A DNA stretch of 64,000 nt, taken from IMG/VR virus record IMGVR_UViG_3300031758_003913, positions 1 to 64,000 of that record. One strand, written 5' to 3'. Under the pieces are notes generated by a model. It was not told where the DNA came from and ran no database searches. It was given only the letters and a program-made list of their open reading frames with translations. The translations under genes were made by a program, and so were the position numbers. This document shows positions 1-10,037 of the stretch, in pieces. The DNA is from an uncultured virus (IMG/VR IMGVR_UViG_3300031758_003913) (taxonomy: Duplodnaviria > Heunggongvirae > Uroviricota > Caudoviricetes). Every line of letters begins with the position of its first letter. Position 1 is the first letter of the stretch.

Positions 1-115
1 TAAACGTATTCGGGTTTGGCGTTGCAAATAGTTGGTGGTAATAAATATTTATAGAGTCGTTCACTTACGAACATGTAGAGGCAACGTTAGCCATTAATAA
101 CGGGGAGGCATTTAA

Positions 116-2788
116 TTGAGTTACGTAGACGCATTGTTTGACCGTGATCATGATACGATCAAAATAGTTGAACGCAAAGACGGAGTTAGAACATTCCGTG
201 AATATCCTGTAAAGTATACATTTTACTACAAAGACCAAAAAGGCAAGTACAAGAGTGTGTACGGAGATCCTTTGAGTCGTATTGTATGTAAGAACACAAA
301 AGATTTCCGCAAAGAAATTGCCATCAATCGAGATAAAACTTTATTTGAAAGTGATATTAATCCAATCTTTCAATGTCTAAGTGAAAACTATCTCAACCAA
401 GATGCTCCAAAACTAAACATTGCATTTTTCGATATTGAGACAGACTTTGATCCCGAACGTGGATTTGCTGACCCTAGCGATCCATTTATGGGCATTACGT
501 CTGTCTCCGTTTATTTGCAGTGGTTAGAAACAATGATATGTTTGGCAGTCCCTCCTAAGACACTTACTATGGAGCAAGCGACAGAATTAGTTAAAGATAT
601 TCCTAATGTAATGTTGTTTGAAAAAGAAAAGGACATGCTGGACACGTTCTTAACACTTATCGAAGAAGCTGATATATTAAGTGGTTGGAACAGCGAGGGC
701 TATGATATCCCTTATATTGTAAATCGTGTAGCCCGCATAATGAGTAAAGACGATACAAGACGTTTTTGCTTATGGGGTCAATTGCCTAAGAAGCGTGAAT
801 ACGAAAAGTACGGCAAGATGAGCGAGACATACGATTTAGTAGGTCGTGTACACGTAGACAGTTTGAACTTGTATCGTAAGTATACCTATGAAGAACGTCA
901 CAGTTATCGACTAGATGCTATTGGTGAAATTGAAGTAGGCGAAAACAAGACAGCATACGAAGGTACGTTGGATCAGCTTTACAACAATGACTTTAAAAAG
1001 TTTATTCAATACAACATTCAAGATACTGCACTACTTGATAAGTTAGATAAAAAACTGCGCTTTATTGATTTGAGTAATACCATTGCACATGAGAACACCG
1101 TGCTTATCCAAACTACAATGGGTGCTGTTGCTGTTACTGAACAAGGTATTATCAACGAAGCTCACAATCGTGGATTGCAGGTTCCCAATCGTACAAACAG
1201 AGATAACGAAGAAAATATACAAGCCGCAGGTGCATACGTTGCGTTTCCTAAAAAAGGCTTGCACAAATGGATTGGTTCGATGGACTTGAACTCTCTGTAT
1301 CCGTCAGTGATTCGTGCTTTGAATATGGCTCCAGAAACTATCGTTGGACAAATACGACTAGACATCAGTGATGCTCGTGTTCACGAAGACATAACTCTTA
1401 AGAAAAAAACATTTGCTGGAAGTTGGGAAGGTCGTTTTGCAACAGAAGAATACGAAGCTGTTATGAGCAAGCGCAAGGATGTTGCTCTAACAATAGACTT
1501 TGAAAGCGGACAAACAGAAGTAATGAGCGGTGCTGAAATTTATAAATTAATTTTTGACAGTAACAATCCGTGGATGCTCAGTAGTAACGGCACTATCTTT
1601 ACACAAGAGTTTGAAGGTGTTATTCCAGGTATTCTAAAGCGTTGGTATGCTGAACGTAAGGACCTGCAAAAGATGTTGAAAAAAGCAAAAGAAGCAGGTA
1701 ACAAAGCAGAAACTGAATACTGGGACAAACGACAGTTGGTTAAGAAGATTTTGCTTAACAGTTTATACGGTGCCATTCTTAATCCAGGTTGTAGATTCTT
1801 TGACAAGCGTATTGGTCAAAGTACTACTCTTACTGGTCGTACTATTGTTAAACACATGAGTGCAGAAGTAAACAAAGTTATTACTGGTGTTTATGATCAC
1901 GTTGGTGAGGCAGTAATTTACGGTGACACTGACTCTGTGTATTTTAGTGCTTGGCCTACTCTCAGTAAAGAAGTAGAAGCAGGTAAGATTCCGTGGTCTA
2001 AAGAAAATGTTATTACACTTTACGATCAAGTAGCAGAAGCAGCCAATGCTACGTTTGTTGACATGATGGCAAAATCATTTCATTGTCCAAAAAGTCGAGC
2101 AGAAGTTATTGCCGCAGGTCGTGAGATTGTTGCTGAAAGCGGATTGTTTATTACTAAAAAACGTTATGCGGCTCTGGTATATGACACAGAAGGTTTCCGC
2201 AGTGACGTAGATGGTAAGCCAGGCAAAGTAAAGGCTATGGGCTTAGACCTGCGTAGAAGTGATACACCTGTGTTTATGCAAGAATTTCTAAGCGAACTAT
2301 TGCTTATGGTGCTTACAGATAAACCTAGAGAAGATGTATTAGAACGTATTACAAGATTCCGGCAAGAGTTTAGTGAACGTCCGGGTTGGGAGAAAGGTAG
2401 TCCAAAACGTGCAAACAAGATTGGACACTATCAACGACTCGAAGCAAAACAGGGCAAAGCAAACATGCCCGGCCACGTTAGAGCAAGTATTAATTGGAAT
2501 ACACTTAAACGTATGAACGGAGACAAATACTCGCAAGAGATTGTTGACGGCATGAAAGTTATTGTTTGCAAACTAAAACAAAACCCATTGGGCTATACAA
2601 GTGTTGCTTATCCAACAGATGAATTACGTATGCCTGAATGGTTCAAAGAACTGCCATTTGATGATGCAGCAATGGCAGAAACTATTATTGATAATAAGTT
2701 AGACAATTTGATTGGAGTGCTGGACTATCCATTAGAGGATACTAAGCGACACAATACCTTCAACAGTTTGTTTGACTTTGGAGACTAA
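116..2788 (+). CDS. polB: Family B DNA polymerase with 3'-5' exonuclease (T4 gp43-like)
   Basis: ExoI DIET; polymerase motifs DLNSLYPS, KILLNSLYG, YGDTDS, KKRY; C-terminal SLFDF clamp-binding-like tail; TTG start after GGAGG. Confidence 0.97.
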   Translation: MSYVDALFDRDHDTIKIVERKDGVRTFREYPVKYTFYYKDQKGKYKSVYGDPLSRIVCKNTKDFRKEIAINRDKTLFESDINPIFQCLSENYLNQDAPKLNIAFFDIETDFDPERGFADPSDPFMGITSVSVYLQWLETMICLAVPPKTLTMEQATELVKDIPNVMLFEKEKDMLDTFLTLIEEADILSGWNSEGYDIPYIVNRVARIMSKDDTRRFCLWGQLPKKREYEKYGKMSETYDLVGRVHVDSLNLYRKYTYEERHSYRLDAIGEIEVGENKTAYEGTLDQLYNNDFKKFIQYNIQDTALLDKLDKKLRFIDLSNTIAHENTVLIQTTMGAVAVTEQGIINEAHNRGLQVPNRTNRDNEENIQAAGAYVAFPKKGLHKWIGSMDLNSLYPSVIRALNMAPETIVGQIRLDISDARVHEDITLKKKTFAGSWEGRFATEEYEAVMSKRKDVALTIDFESGQTEVMSGAEIYKLIFDSNNPWMLSSNGTIFTQEFEGVIPGILKRWYAERKDLQKMLKKAKEAGNKAETEYWDKRQLVKKILLNSLYGAILNPGCRFFDKRIGQSTTLTGRTIVKHMSAEVNKVITGVYDHVGEAVIYGDTDSVYFSAWPTLSKEVEAGKIPWSKENVITLYDQVAEAANATFVDMMAKSFHCPKSRAEVIAAGREIVAESGLFITKKRYAALVYDTEGFRSDVDGKPGKVKAMGLDLRRSDTPVFMQEFLSELLLMVLTDKPREDVLERITRFRQEFSERPGWEKGSPKRANKIGHYQRLEAKQGKANMPGHVRASINWNTLKRMNGDKYSQEIVDGMKVIVCKLKQNPLGYTSVAYPTDELRMPEWFKELPFDDAAMAETIIDNKLDNLIGVLDYPLEDTKRHNTFNSLFDFGD

Positions 2789-2789
2789 A

Positions 2790-2900
2790 ATGAAAATTAA
2801 AATTGAAGTAGAAGTAGATACAGAAAGAGATCACGATTTACAAATAATCGAAGAACTCATTCAGATGTTAAAAGAATTAAAAGAAAGATTTCAGGATTAA
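2790..2900 (+). CDS. Small hypothetical protein, 36 aa (MKIKIEVEVDTERDHDLQIIEELIQMLKELKERFQD)
   Basis: Hand-translated and below the track cutoff; GGAG upstream; fills the gap between polB and the next gene. Confidence 0.6.
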   Translation: MKIKIEVEVDTERDHDLQIIEELIQMLKELKERFQD

Positions 2901-2904
2901 AGTA

Positions 2905-3630
2905 ATGCGTATTTTAATGACAGGTCATAAAGGATTTATTGGTAGTCACCTTTATCCATATTTGTGGGATAGAGGCTATACTATGTATGGTATAGATTTA
3001 AAAGATGGAAAAGACATTCTAACATGTACACTTGATTACGAAGTTGATGTAGTAATACATCTAGCAGGAAAAAGTGGTGTAAGAGAAAGTATGCGGCTTC
3101 CTGGACCTTATTGGCATGTCAACGTTGAAGGATCGCGTAGAATTTTTGATCAGTTTAGTGAAGCTCGCATACTGTATGCAAGTTCAAGTTCAGCATATGA
3201 GCCTACACTAAATCCGTATGCCGCATCCAAATATATCATGGACATGATGGCTCCGGATAATAGCGTGGGTATGAGATTCCATACTGTGTATTCTGACAAT
3301 CCTAGAAAAGGCATGTTATTGGATAAACTGTTATCAAACTCACTAGAATATATCACTGATCATTCTAGAGATTTTATTCACGTAGAGGATCTATGTGATG
3401 CTATTGAGCTATTGATAAAAAATCCAAATATTAAAGGAGTAGTTGATGTTGGTACTGGCGAAAGTACTAACGTTCAAGATCTAGCTCCAGGAAAACCGCT
3501 TCGTTTAAATAGACTACACGAAAGAAAGTGTACACAGGCAAACATAGAAATTTTAAAAGAATTAGGCTTTGAACCTAAATACAATGTCAAAGAGTTCTTG
3601 ACAAATAAAGGCTTAGACATTAAACTGTAA
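2905..3630 (+). CDS. NAD-dependent nucleotide-sugar epimerase/dehydratase (extended SDR)
   Basis: TGHKGFIG, HLAG, SSS, YAASK (YxxxK), RDFIHVED. Confidence 0.92.
   Translation: MRILMTGHKGFIGSHLYPYLWDRGYTMYGIDLKDGKDILTCTLDYEVDVVIHLAGKSGVRESMRLPGPYWHVNVEGSRRIFDQFSEARILYASSSSAYEPTLNPYAASKYIMDMMAPDNSVGMRFHTVYSDNPRKGMLLDKLLSNSLEYITDHSRDFIHVEDLCDAIELLIKNPNIKGVVDVGTGESTNVQDLAPGKPLRLNRLHERKCTQANIEILKELGFEPKYNVKEFLTNKGLDIKL
3598..3626 (+). promoter_or_regulatory. Sigma70-type promoter TTGACA-N17-TAAACT
   Basis: Read directly; upstream of AAGGAG and the ATG at 3653. Confidence 0.65.
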
Positions 3631-3652
3631 TTTAATAAGGAGATATACAGGC

Positions 3653-4384
3653 ATGAAAGACATACTACAAGATATCGTAGCACATACACACGCACTAGGA
3701 TTTTTAGCACTAGTGAAAGTTAATTCAGAAAACGGATCAACTACTATTGATTCAATGGCAGAAGATCGTTCTGTTATTTTAACTGCAAGCACTCATAAAC
3801 CAGTCGCTGAATTTATTGGCACATTTGGTATGCCAAACTTAGATAAACTTTCTCTCCATTTAAAAAATCCTGAGTATAAGGATAAGGCAAAGATTGAAGT
3901 TAAAAGTGCAGAAAGAAACGGTGACGTTATTCCAACACACATTCACTTTGAAAATGCCGCAGGTGACTTTGAAAACGATTATCGCTTTATGAACAAAGCA
4001 ATTATCGAAGAAAAACTTAAGACTGTTAAATTCAAAGGCGCATCATGGGAAGTAACATTTAAACCTAGTGTTGCATCAATTCAACGTATGAAGCTAATGA
4101 GCGCCGCACACAGCGAAGAGCCAATCTTTACTGTCAAGACAGAGAACAATAATCTAGTTTTTTACTTTGGTGACGCAAGTACACACGCAGGTTCATTTGT
4201 ATTTCAACACGATATATCTGGATCTCTAAAGCATGCATGGAGTTGGCCAGTTGCACAAATTCAAAGTATTCTAAATCTAGACGGTGACTCTACTGTGAGC
4301 ATTTCTGATCAAGGTGCTATGATGATCAGTATTGACAGCGGATTAGCAAAATACGATTACATTCTTCCTGCGCAGAGCAAGTAA
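3653..4384 (+). CDS. Probable DNA polymerase sliding clamp (gp45/PCNA-like fold)
   Basis: 243 aa; two-repeat alpha/beta pattern; C-terminal YDYILPA resembles clamp C-termini; close to polB. Inference only. Confidence 0.5.
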   Translation: MKDILQDIVAHTHALGFLALVKVNSENGSTTIDSMAEDRSVILTASTHKPVAEFIGTFGMPNLDKLSLHLKNPEYKDKAKIEVKSAERNGDVIPTHIHFENAAGDFENDYRFMNKAIIEEKLKTVKFKGASWEVTFKPSVASIQRMKLMSAAHSEEPIFTVKTENNNLVFYFGDASTHAGSFVFQHDISGSLKHAWSWPVAQIQSILNLDGDSTVSISDQGAMMISIDSGLAKYDYILPAQSK

Positions 4385-4734
4385 TGAATAGTGTACAAAT
4401 ACTATCTGCATGTTTAGCATTTTTAGTTCTGTGTGGCGCTGTATATGGTCACATAGGATTTAAAAAAATTAAAGAATGTTACGGCATGTGGTTTACAAAG
4501 GAATATTGGACTGACTATAATACAGTAGAGTTTGCCAGTTGGGCGGCTAAGGCCTTTATTATTGTTCCTGGCTTAATATTTGGTATACAAATTTGGTGGT
4601 TATATTTCTTCACGTTGTTTACAAGTCTAACATTGATTTGGGCTAGCGAGAAGAAACTGTTACCAACATTAGTAGGGTTCAACACTATATGGGCTTGGAT
4701 TAGCTGTATGGTATTGGCACAACATTTGGTATAA
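4384..4734 (+). CDS. Small integral membrane protein
   Basis: 3-4 hydrophobic segments; coupled by TAATG overlap. Confidence 0.7.
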   Translation: MNSVQILSACLAFLVLCGAVYGHIGFKKIKECYGMWFTKEYWTDYNTVEFASWAAKAFIIVPGLIFGIQIWWLYFFTLFTSLTLIWASEKKLLPTLVGFNTIWAWISCMVLAQHLV

Positions 4735-4736
4735 TA

Positions 4737-6296
4737 ATGAATAAAGACTTAACAGCAACACAAAACGATTACGCACACTTTTTACCAGCACTAAGTGGCT
4801 TTTATGCAACTTACGTGGGCAAGCAGCGTTTTCCTGATCCTGTTAAAGGTCCTTACATCGAAGACACTCGTATTCCGGCTAACTTTCAAAATGGTGTAGA
4901 AAGTCTTAACTATCTAAATGCACAACAGGGAGCGTTTACCTATAAGTGGACGCTTTACTCTGCGGGTCACGCTGATTTAGATACAAACAAAATTGTGCCT
5001 AAAGAAGATATGGTACGGAACAGGGATCGTCAAAACACTTGGTTACTAGGCGACTCAGGTGGTTTCCAGATTGGTAAGGGTGTTTGGGAAGGTGATTGGA
5101 AAGATCCTAATTGTCCTAAGGCACAAAAGAAACGAGATGGTGTATTACGTTGGATGGATGCGTATATGGACTATGGCATGGTACTTGATATTCCTGCCTG
5201 GGTCGCTCGCTCACCCGAAGGTGCAAAAGCTACAGGCATTAGTACATACGACGAAGCTGTAACCGCAACACGTATCAATAACGATTATTGGATGAAGCAT
5301 CGTACAGGTGCTTGTAAGTTCTTAAACGTACTACAAGGTGAGAATCATACAGATGCAGAAGATTGGTATCAGCAGATGAAAGATTATTGCGATCCAGTTA
5401 AGTATCCTGACAATCACTTTAATGGGTGGTCAATGGGTGGGCAAAATATGTGTGACGTGCATCTAGTACTTAAACGTATAGTAGCACTACACTTTGATGG
5501 CTTACTACAAAGTGGCGTACATGATGTAATGCACTTCTTGGGTACTAGTAAGTTAGAGTGGGCATGTTTGCTTACAGACTTACAACGTGCTATTCGTAAG
5601 TATTACAATCCTACTATGATGTTGACATTTGACTGTGCAAGTCCATTCTTAGCAACTGCTAATGGACAGATTTATATTCAGAACGAAACACCTGATAGAG
5701 GCAAGTGGACCTATAGAATGGTTCCAAGCATTGACGATAAAAAGTATGCAACTGATACTAGAACTTTTAAACAAGCAGTATTGCAAGATGGTATCTTTAA
5801 AAACTTTGAAGATAGTCCTATTACAGCAGAAATGAAAGTTAGTGATGTATGCGTTTACAAACCAGGTGACTTGAATAAAATTGGCAAAGAAGGTCGCACA
5901 AGTTGGGATAGTTTTAGTTACGCTATTCAAATGGGCCATAATGTTTGGAGCCATATTAATGCAGTACAGGAAGCTAACAGACAGTATGATGCTGGAGTTG
6001 TACCAAACATGCTTGTACAAGAAAAGTTTGACAGGGTGTTCTTTAGAGATCTTGTAGAAGAAATCTTTTCACAGACTACAAGAGAAGCTGCAAATAAGTT
6101 GATAGAACAAAACTCAAAGTTTTGGATGGCTATTCCAGGCACTAGAGGCGCCATTGGTAAAAAGACTGTAAACTCTAGCACATATTTTGGAGCTTTGTTT
6201 GATGTAGTTGAACCTGAAGTAGAAGAACTGGAAGATGGTTGTTTTACAGAAGATGAAGAACATAAATTGGAGGCGTTAGAGGATGAGCAACTTTAA
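4737..6296 (+). CDS. dpdA: TGT-family transglycosylase, likely DNA 7-deazaguanine inserting enzyme (DpdA-like)
   Basis: DSGGFQ, MVLDIP, NVLQG, GWSMGG, HFLG, TFDCAS match the TGT catalytic motifs; folE and queE nearby. Confidence 0.85.
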   Translation: MNKDLTATQNDYAHFLPALSGFYATYVGKQRFPDPVKGPYIEDTRIPANFQNGVESLNYLNAQQGAFTYKWTLYSAGHADLDTNKIVPKEDMVRNRDRQNTWLLGDSGGFQIGKGVWEGDWKDPNCPKAQKKRDGVLRWMDAYMDYGMVLDIPAWVARSPEGAKATGISTYDEAVTATRINNDYWMKHRTGACKFLNVLQGENHTDAEDWYQQMKDYCDPVKYPDNHFNGWSMGGQNMCDVHLVLKRIVALHFDGLLQSGVHDVMHFLGTSKLEWACLLTDLQRAIRKYYNPTMMLTFDCASPFLATANGQIYIQNETPDRGKWTYRMVPSIDDKKYATDTRTFKQAVLQDGIFKNFEDSPITAEMKVSDVCVYKPGDLNKIGKEGRTSWDSFSYAIQMGHNVWSHINAVQEANRQYDAGVVPNMLVQEKFDRVFFRDLVEEIFSQTTREAANKLIEQNSKFWMAIPGTRGAIGKKTVNSSTYFGALFDVVEPEVEELEDGCFTEDEEHKLEALEDEQL

Positions 6297-6492
6297 TAAT
6301 GACTATGATAAACTCAAAGCACATCTAGAAGAATTAGAACGGCGACATAAAGAGCTTGACACAGAAATTGAAGTACGCTATAATAATATAACAGCCTCAG
6401 ACGAAGTTCGAAAAAAGAAAACTATGAAGCTATGGCTTAAAGACGAGATACATCGAATCAACCAACAATTAATAAGAATGACTTTAACATGA
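6283..6492 (+). CDS. DUF465/YdcH-like coiled-coil protein
   Basis: HKELDxEI ... KKxxxKLxLKDEI pattern. Confidence 0.65.
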   Translation: MSNFNNDYDKLKAHLEELERRHKELDTEIEVRYNNITASDEVRKKKTMKLWLKDEIHRINQQLIRMTLT

Positions 6493-7013
6493 AAAGAGAT
6501 TACAGCACAGGTGAAGCAGATGACGCAGTATTTTTCTTTGGATATGAAATAGAAAAAACTCCTGCTTATGGAATGCCCACACTGTTTGTTACAGGGGTTC
6601 ATAGTCCAGACGTTGTAGAAAAGCACATGATCGAACAAGATGTAAAGCATATTTTCTTTGGTGCTAATCACAGCTTTCATCCTGACATAGGTAGCTTTGA
6701 CGCATGGTTAGAGTGGGAATCTATGATTCTTCCATTCTTGGAACAAGGTGTTCTATGTACTTTAGACATTCCATTATCCCACGTTGAAACATTCAACGAC
6801 AGTGCATTTAACGAGTATAGCAATTTTATTCCACAGATTCGAGTTCCTATTCCATACATCCGTTTATGGAATTACAACACAATGCTTAAGATTGACGACA
6901 AAGATTTTAAAGCATCTAATCCCGGTGTTTGGTGTCACAGCCTACACGACCTAATGGATCGTTCAAAGTTTACCGAATGGTCTCAATATTCCGAAGACGA
7001 AGTTATCAAATAA
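6489..7013 (+). CDS. Hypothetical protein within the dpd locus
   Basis: ATGA-type overlap; HIFFGANHSF and GVWCH motifs; no family recognised. Confidence 0.75.
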   Translation: MKRDYSTGEADDAVFFFGYEIEKTPAYGMPTLFVTGVHSPDVVEKHMIEQDVKHIFFGANHSFHPDIGSFDAWLEWESMILPFLEQGVLCTLDIPLSHVETFNDSAFNEYSNFIPQIRVPIPYIRLWNYNTMLKIDDKDFKASNPGVWCHSLHDLMDRSKFTEWSQYSEDEVIK

Positions 7014-7014
7014 G

Positions 7015-7043
7015 TTGACAACTACCTACATTGAAAGTATCAT
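7015..7043 (+). promoter_or_regulatory. Sigma70-type promoter TTGACA-N17-TATCAT, probably giving a leaderless mRNA
   Basis: The -10 box ends at 7043, 6 nt before the ATG at 7050; no SD. Confidence 0.7.
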
Positions 7044-7049
7044 AAGAAC

Positions 7050-7439
7050 ATGAGTACAGCAATTACAAAAAGCATCTGGGTAACCTTCCGTAAAGAAGGC
7101 ATTCATCTTTACCCGGCAGCACTTACAGACCCTAATCTAAAAACTGGAGATCAGTATGACGTAAGTTTTCTAGGCTATCCCCATAGACACATTTTTCACT
7201 TTAAAATTCGTATCGAAGTGTTTCACGACGATCGTGACATCGAATTTATTCAATTTAAGCGTTGGTTAGAAAATCTTTATAATCAAGGCACACTAGAACT
7301 GAATCACAAATCATGTGAGATGATTTCAGATGATTTGTATCAGCAAATTCGTTCAAAGTTTCCAGGCCGCTTTGTCGAAATAGAAGTCTCCGAAGATGGA
7401 GAAAACGGCTCACTTATCTATTATCCATTCAATCTTTAA
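7050..7439 (+). CDS. dpdL: QueD-like T-fold protein, DpdL-type (putative CDG decarboxylase)
   Basis: GIH...LGYPHRHIF (LxxxHRHxF in place of QueD CxxxHGH), SCE, VSEDGENG. Confidence 0.65.
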   Translation: MSTAITKSIWVTFRKEGIHLYPAALTDPNLKTGDQYDVSFLGYPHRHIFHFKIRIEVFHDDRDIEFIQFKRWLENLYNQGTLELNHKSCEMISDDLYQQIRSKFPGRFVEIEVSEDGENGSLIYYPFNL

Positions 7440-7452
7440 AAGGTAAATTAAA

Positions 7453-7707
7453 ATGGCACAAACTTTTCCTCCAGTCAATAAAATTTTCGACGACTTGGAT
7501 AAGTTCCGCGACTTTTGTCGCTTCGAAGGTTACGGTGGGTATCCTTTCGATGAGAAGGATCTTTATGATACCCAGTCGCCTGTTTGGCAGGCTTACCAAA
7601 AATTCTTAATCTACAAATCGAAGAGTCGTGGTAGATTTAATAATTACAACAATAACACCAATACTAACAATGGTGCAAAACGTTTTTACGACCGTAGAGG
7701 TTCTTAA
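7453..7707 (+). CDS. Hypothetical protein with an Asn-rich, basic C-terminus
   Basis: ORF with AAGG upstream; coupled to the next gene. Confidence 0.7.
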   Translation: MAQTFPPVNKIFDDLDKFRDFCRFEGYGGYPFDEKDLYDTQSPVWQAYQKFLIYKSKSRGRFNNYNNNTNTNNGAKRFYDRRGS

Positions 7708-8798
7708 TGACAATCTATATCGTAGATATTGAAGCAGTTGACACTCGCTATACTAAGCAGTGGAAGGAATACTTACCTAAACAACTGCATCATGCTACGA
7801 ATAAAGAAGTAGTAGTCATTAGTGGCGGTGATACACCACAAGCTACAACTCCTGGAGCATTTCTTAATTTTGGTGGTACTAATGTTTATAAAAGTAAACA
7901 GTTGGAAACCATAGGGGAGATGTTTTGTAGGGGAGATGTTAAAGATGGCGACTACTTCCTTTATACTGATGCGTGGAACCCTACAGTTATACAGCTTCGT
8001 TACATGGCTGAATTGCTAAACATTAATATCAGAATTGGTGGCTTATGGCATGCTGGTAGTTATGATCCTCAAGATTTCTTAGGTCGACTGATTGGAAACA
8101 AGCCTTGGGTAAGACATGCTGAACAGAGTATGTTTTTTACATACGACGATAACTTCTTTGCTACAGATTTTCACATTGACATGTTTGTAAGAACATTGTT
8201 TGGTCTAGATAATCCTTGGATAGAAGATGATATAGCTGATGCATTGGCTGGCGAACATCCTAGAATCAAACGTGTGGGCTGGCCTATGGAATATCTAGAA
8301 CACAGCCTAGACAGTTACAAATGCATGGATAAGGAAAATTTAATTGTTTTCCCTCATCGTATTGCTCCCGAGAAACAAGTTGATATTTTTCGCGATCTTA
8401 AAGAACAACTACCTCAGTATGAATTTGTAATTTGTCAAGAGCAACAATTAACTAAGAACGAATATCATAATATTCTTGGTCGTGCTAAATTAGTGTTTTC
8501 AGCTAACTTGCAAGAAACATTAGGTATTAGTTGGTACGAAGGCGCTCTAGTAAATGCTATTCCAATGGTTCCTGATCGTTTAAGCTATTCTGAAATGGCT
8601 TTAGCAGAGTTTAAGTATCCTAGTACATGGACAGAAGATTTTGGATCTTATATTCAAAATAGAAAACAAATAGTAAATCAAGTAGTTGAATATATGGAAA
8701 ATTACGAAAGTTTTCTTCCTAGCTTACTTAAACAAACAGCAAAACTTAAAAAAGAATTCTTCTCAGGAAAAGCTCTTTATGAGGCAATAAATGGATGA
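7707..8798 (+). CDS. GT-B fold glycosyltransferase (GT4-like)
   Basis: FPHRIAPEKQ and ETLGISWYEG (Ex7E) signatures. Confidence 0.8.
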   Translation: MTIYIVDIEAVDTRYTKQWKEYLPKQLHHATNKEVVVISGGDTPQATTPGAFLNFGGTNVYKSKQLETIGEMFCRGDVKDGDYFLYTDAWNPTVIQLRYMAELLNINIRIGGLWHAGSYDPQDFLGRLIGNKPWVRHAEQSMFFTYDDNFFATDFHIDMFVRTLFGLDNPWIEDDIADALAGEHPRIKRVGWPMEYLEHSLDSYKCMDKENLIVFPHRIAPEKQVDIFRDLKEQLPQYEFVICQEQQLTKNEYHNILGRAKLVFSANLQETLGISWYEGALVNAIPMVPDRLSYSEMALAEFKYPSTWTEDFGSYIQNRKQIVNQVVEYMENYESFLPSLLKQTAKLKKEFFSGKALYEAING

Positions 8799-9189
8799 TA
8801 AAGATTCCAACACTGTTGTTATAAATTTAAACGACACATACGGTTCAACAACTACATATCTTGGCGGTAGCGGTGTTGGCATCCTAGCACAAGATCTAGG
8901 TTCAATAGATAGCAGTTATACAATAACTCTTGATGATACTATTAGTATAGGCAGTGGTGCAGGTGGATATAATACGATAACCAGCGGCGCTGGTGGAACT
9001 TACACTACAATAAGCCCTGTAGACCCCCAATGGTGGGTAACCACACAAAACACGCATATCGAAATAGTTGAAGTTGAATCTATGTGTAAAGAATACCCTG
9101 CACTAGCAAAGGTATACGAAAACTTCAAAACAGTATACGATCTTGTACTACAAGATTGGAAAGGTAAGAAAGATGCTGAAAATTCTTGA
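8791..9189 (+). CDS. Hypothetical protein, Gly/Ser/Thr-rich N-terminus
   Basis: ORF track; low-complexity region plus YPALAKVYENFK helix. Confidence 0.7.
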   Translation: MDDKDSNTVVINLNDTYGSTTTYLGGSGVGILAQDLGSIDSSYTITLDDTISIGSGAGGYNTITSGAGGTYTTISPVDPQWWVTTQNTHIEIVEVESMCKEYPALAKVYENFKTVYDLVLQDWKGKKDAENS

Positions 9190-9625
9190 ACGTTTAGGTA
9201 GAAAAAGAATTATTATGGATCGTGTTAATGACGAGCCGTATTTAGAGCGTTACTATCTTTTCTTAAAAGAAAGAGAACGTTTTCCTTTCAATATATTTTT
9301 ACACAAGTTTTTAAAAGGCGATCCAGATGATGTACATGATCATCCTTGGCCTTATGCTACATTAATTCTTAAAGGCGGTTACTACGAATGGATTCCGCAA
9401 TTTAATTCAGACGGCACTAAATCATGTGAAGTGCGTAAATGGAGAGGTCCTGGGCATTTCCGTATTTGCAGTCCTAATAGCTATCATCGCATTGAACTAA
9501 AAGAAGGTGTCACTGCTTGGACACTTTTTATGCCTGGTCCACATAAACGTGATTGGGGATTTTTAGTTAACAATAAATGGATACCAAACGAACAATATCT
9601 AAAGGAACGGCATGGGAACAGTTAA
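9173..9625 (+). CDS. Cupin-fold protein
   Basis: HDHPW...GGYYE...YHRIEL metal-binding pattern; start moved to ATG 9173. Confidence 0.65.
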   Translation: MLKILERLGRKRIIMDRVNDEPYLERYYLFLKERERFPFNIFLHKFLKGDPDDVHDHPWPYATLILKGGYYEWIPQFNSDGTKSCEVRKWRGPGHFRICSPNSYHRIELKEGVTAWTLFMPGPHKRDWGFLVNNKWIPNEQYLKERHGNS

Positions 9626-10037
9626 TACTAAATCCAATCCGATTGCATGGACTGTTAATTCATTGTATAATAATCTTGCTCCTAATAACAATACAGTAGT
9701 CAATGGTGGATATACTACCTCTGCAATTACTAATTCGTCTGTAGATGCTAGTTTGATAATAAATCAAGGTCGGATGACTGTTACTGTTCCGCTTGACGTT
9801 AACGGCATTGATGTTGAACAAGTACTTAAAGATTTAATGGCAGTCACTGGCGTTGTAAATCGTAACAGGGATTTAGAATCAAAGTTTAAAGGACTTAAAC
9901 AATCAGGAGAACAATATCAATTACTCTTGCAAAAACTTCAAAGTGATGTTAATATAAAAATTAAAGAGGCGGCACAAGAGTATCGACTTGCCGAAGAAAA
10001 GTATAAAATATTTGAAACTATAAAGGACTCAAAATGA
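9612..10037 (+). CDS. Hypothetical protein
   Basis: ORF track; in operon order. Confidence 0.65.
   Translation: MGTVNTKSNPIAWTVNSLYNNLAPNNNTVVNGGYTTSAITNSSVDASLIINQGRMTVTVPLDVNGIDVEQVLKDLMAVTGVVNRNRDLESKFKGLKQSGEQYQLLLQKLQSDVNIKIKEAAQEYRLAEEKYKIFETIKDSK

Noticed and set aside
41..53. ATAAATATTTATA palindrome upstream of polB as a bidirectional late promoter
   Set aside because: Plausible, but it is at the window edge with no visible divergent gene and could arise by chance in AT-rich DNA
1043..2536. Many short antisense or alternate-frame ORFs inside polB, and similar ones throughout the window
   Set aside because: They lie wholly within well-supported genes and show no motifs or SD; treated as shadow ORFs
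116..2788. Intein or intron in the DNA polymerase
   Set aside because: 890 aa continuous ORF with normally spaced motifs and no splicing or homing-endonuclease signature
4737..6296. Calling this gene a housekeeping tRNA tgt
   Set aside because: It lacks the CxCxxC...H zinc site and is long, divergent and in a phage replication context; a DNA target is more likely but unproven
7050..7439. Calling this gene canonical queD
   Set aside because: The catalytic Cys of CxxxHGH is absent (LGYPHRH)
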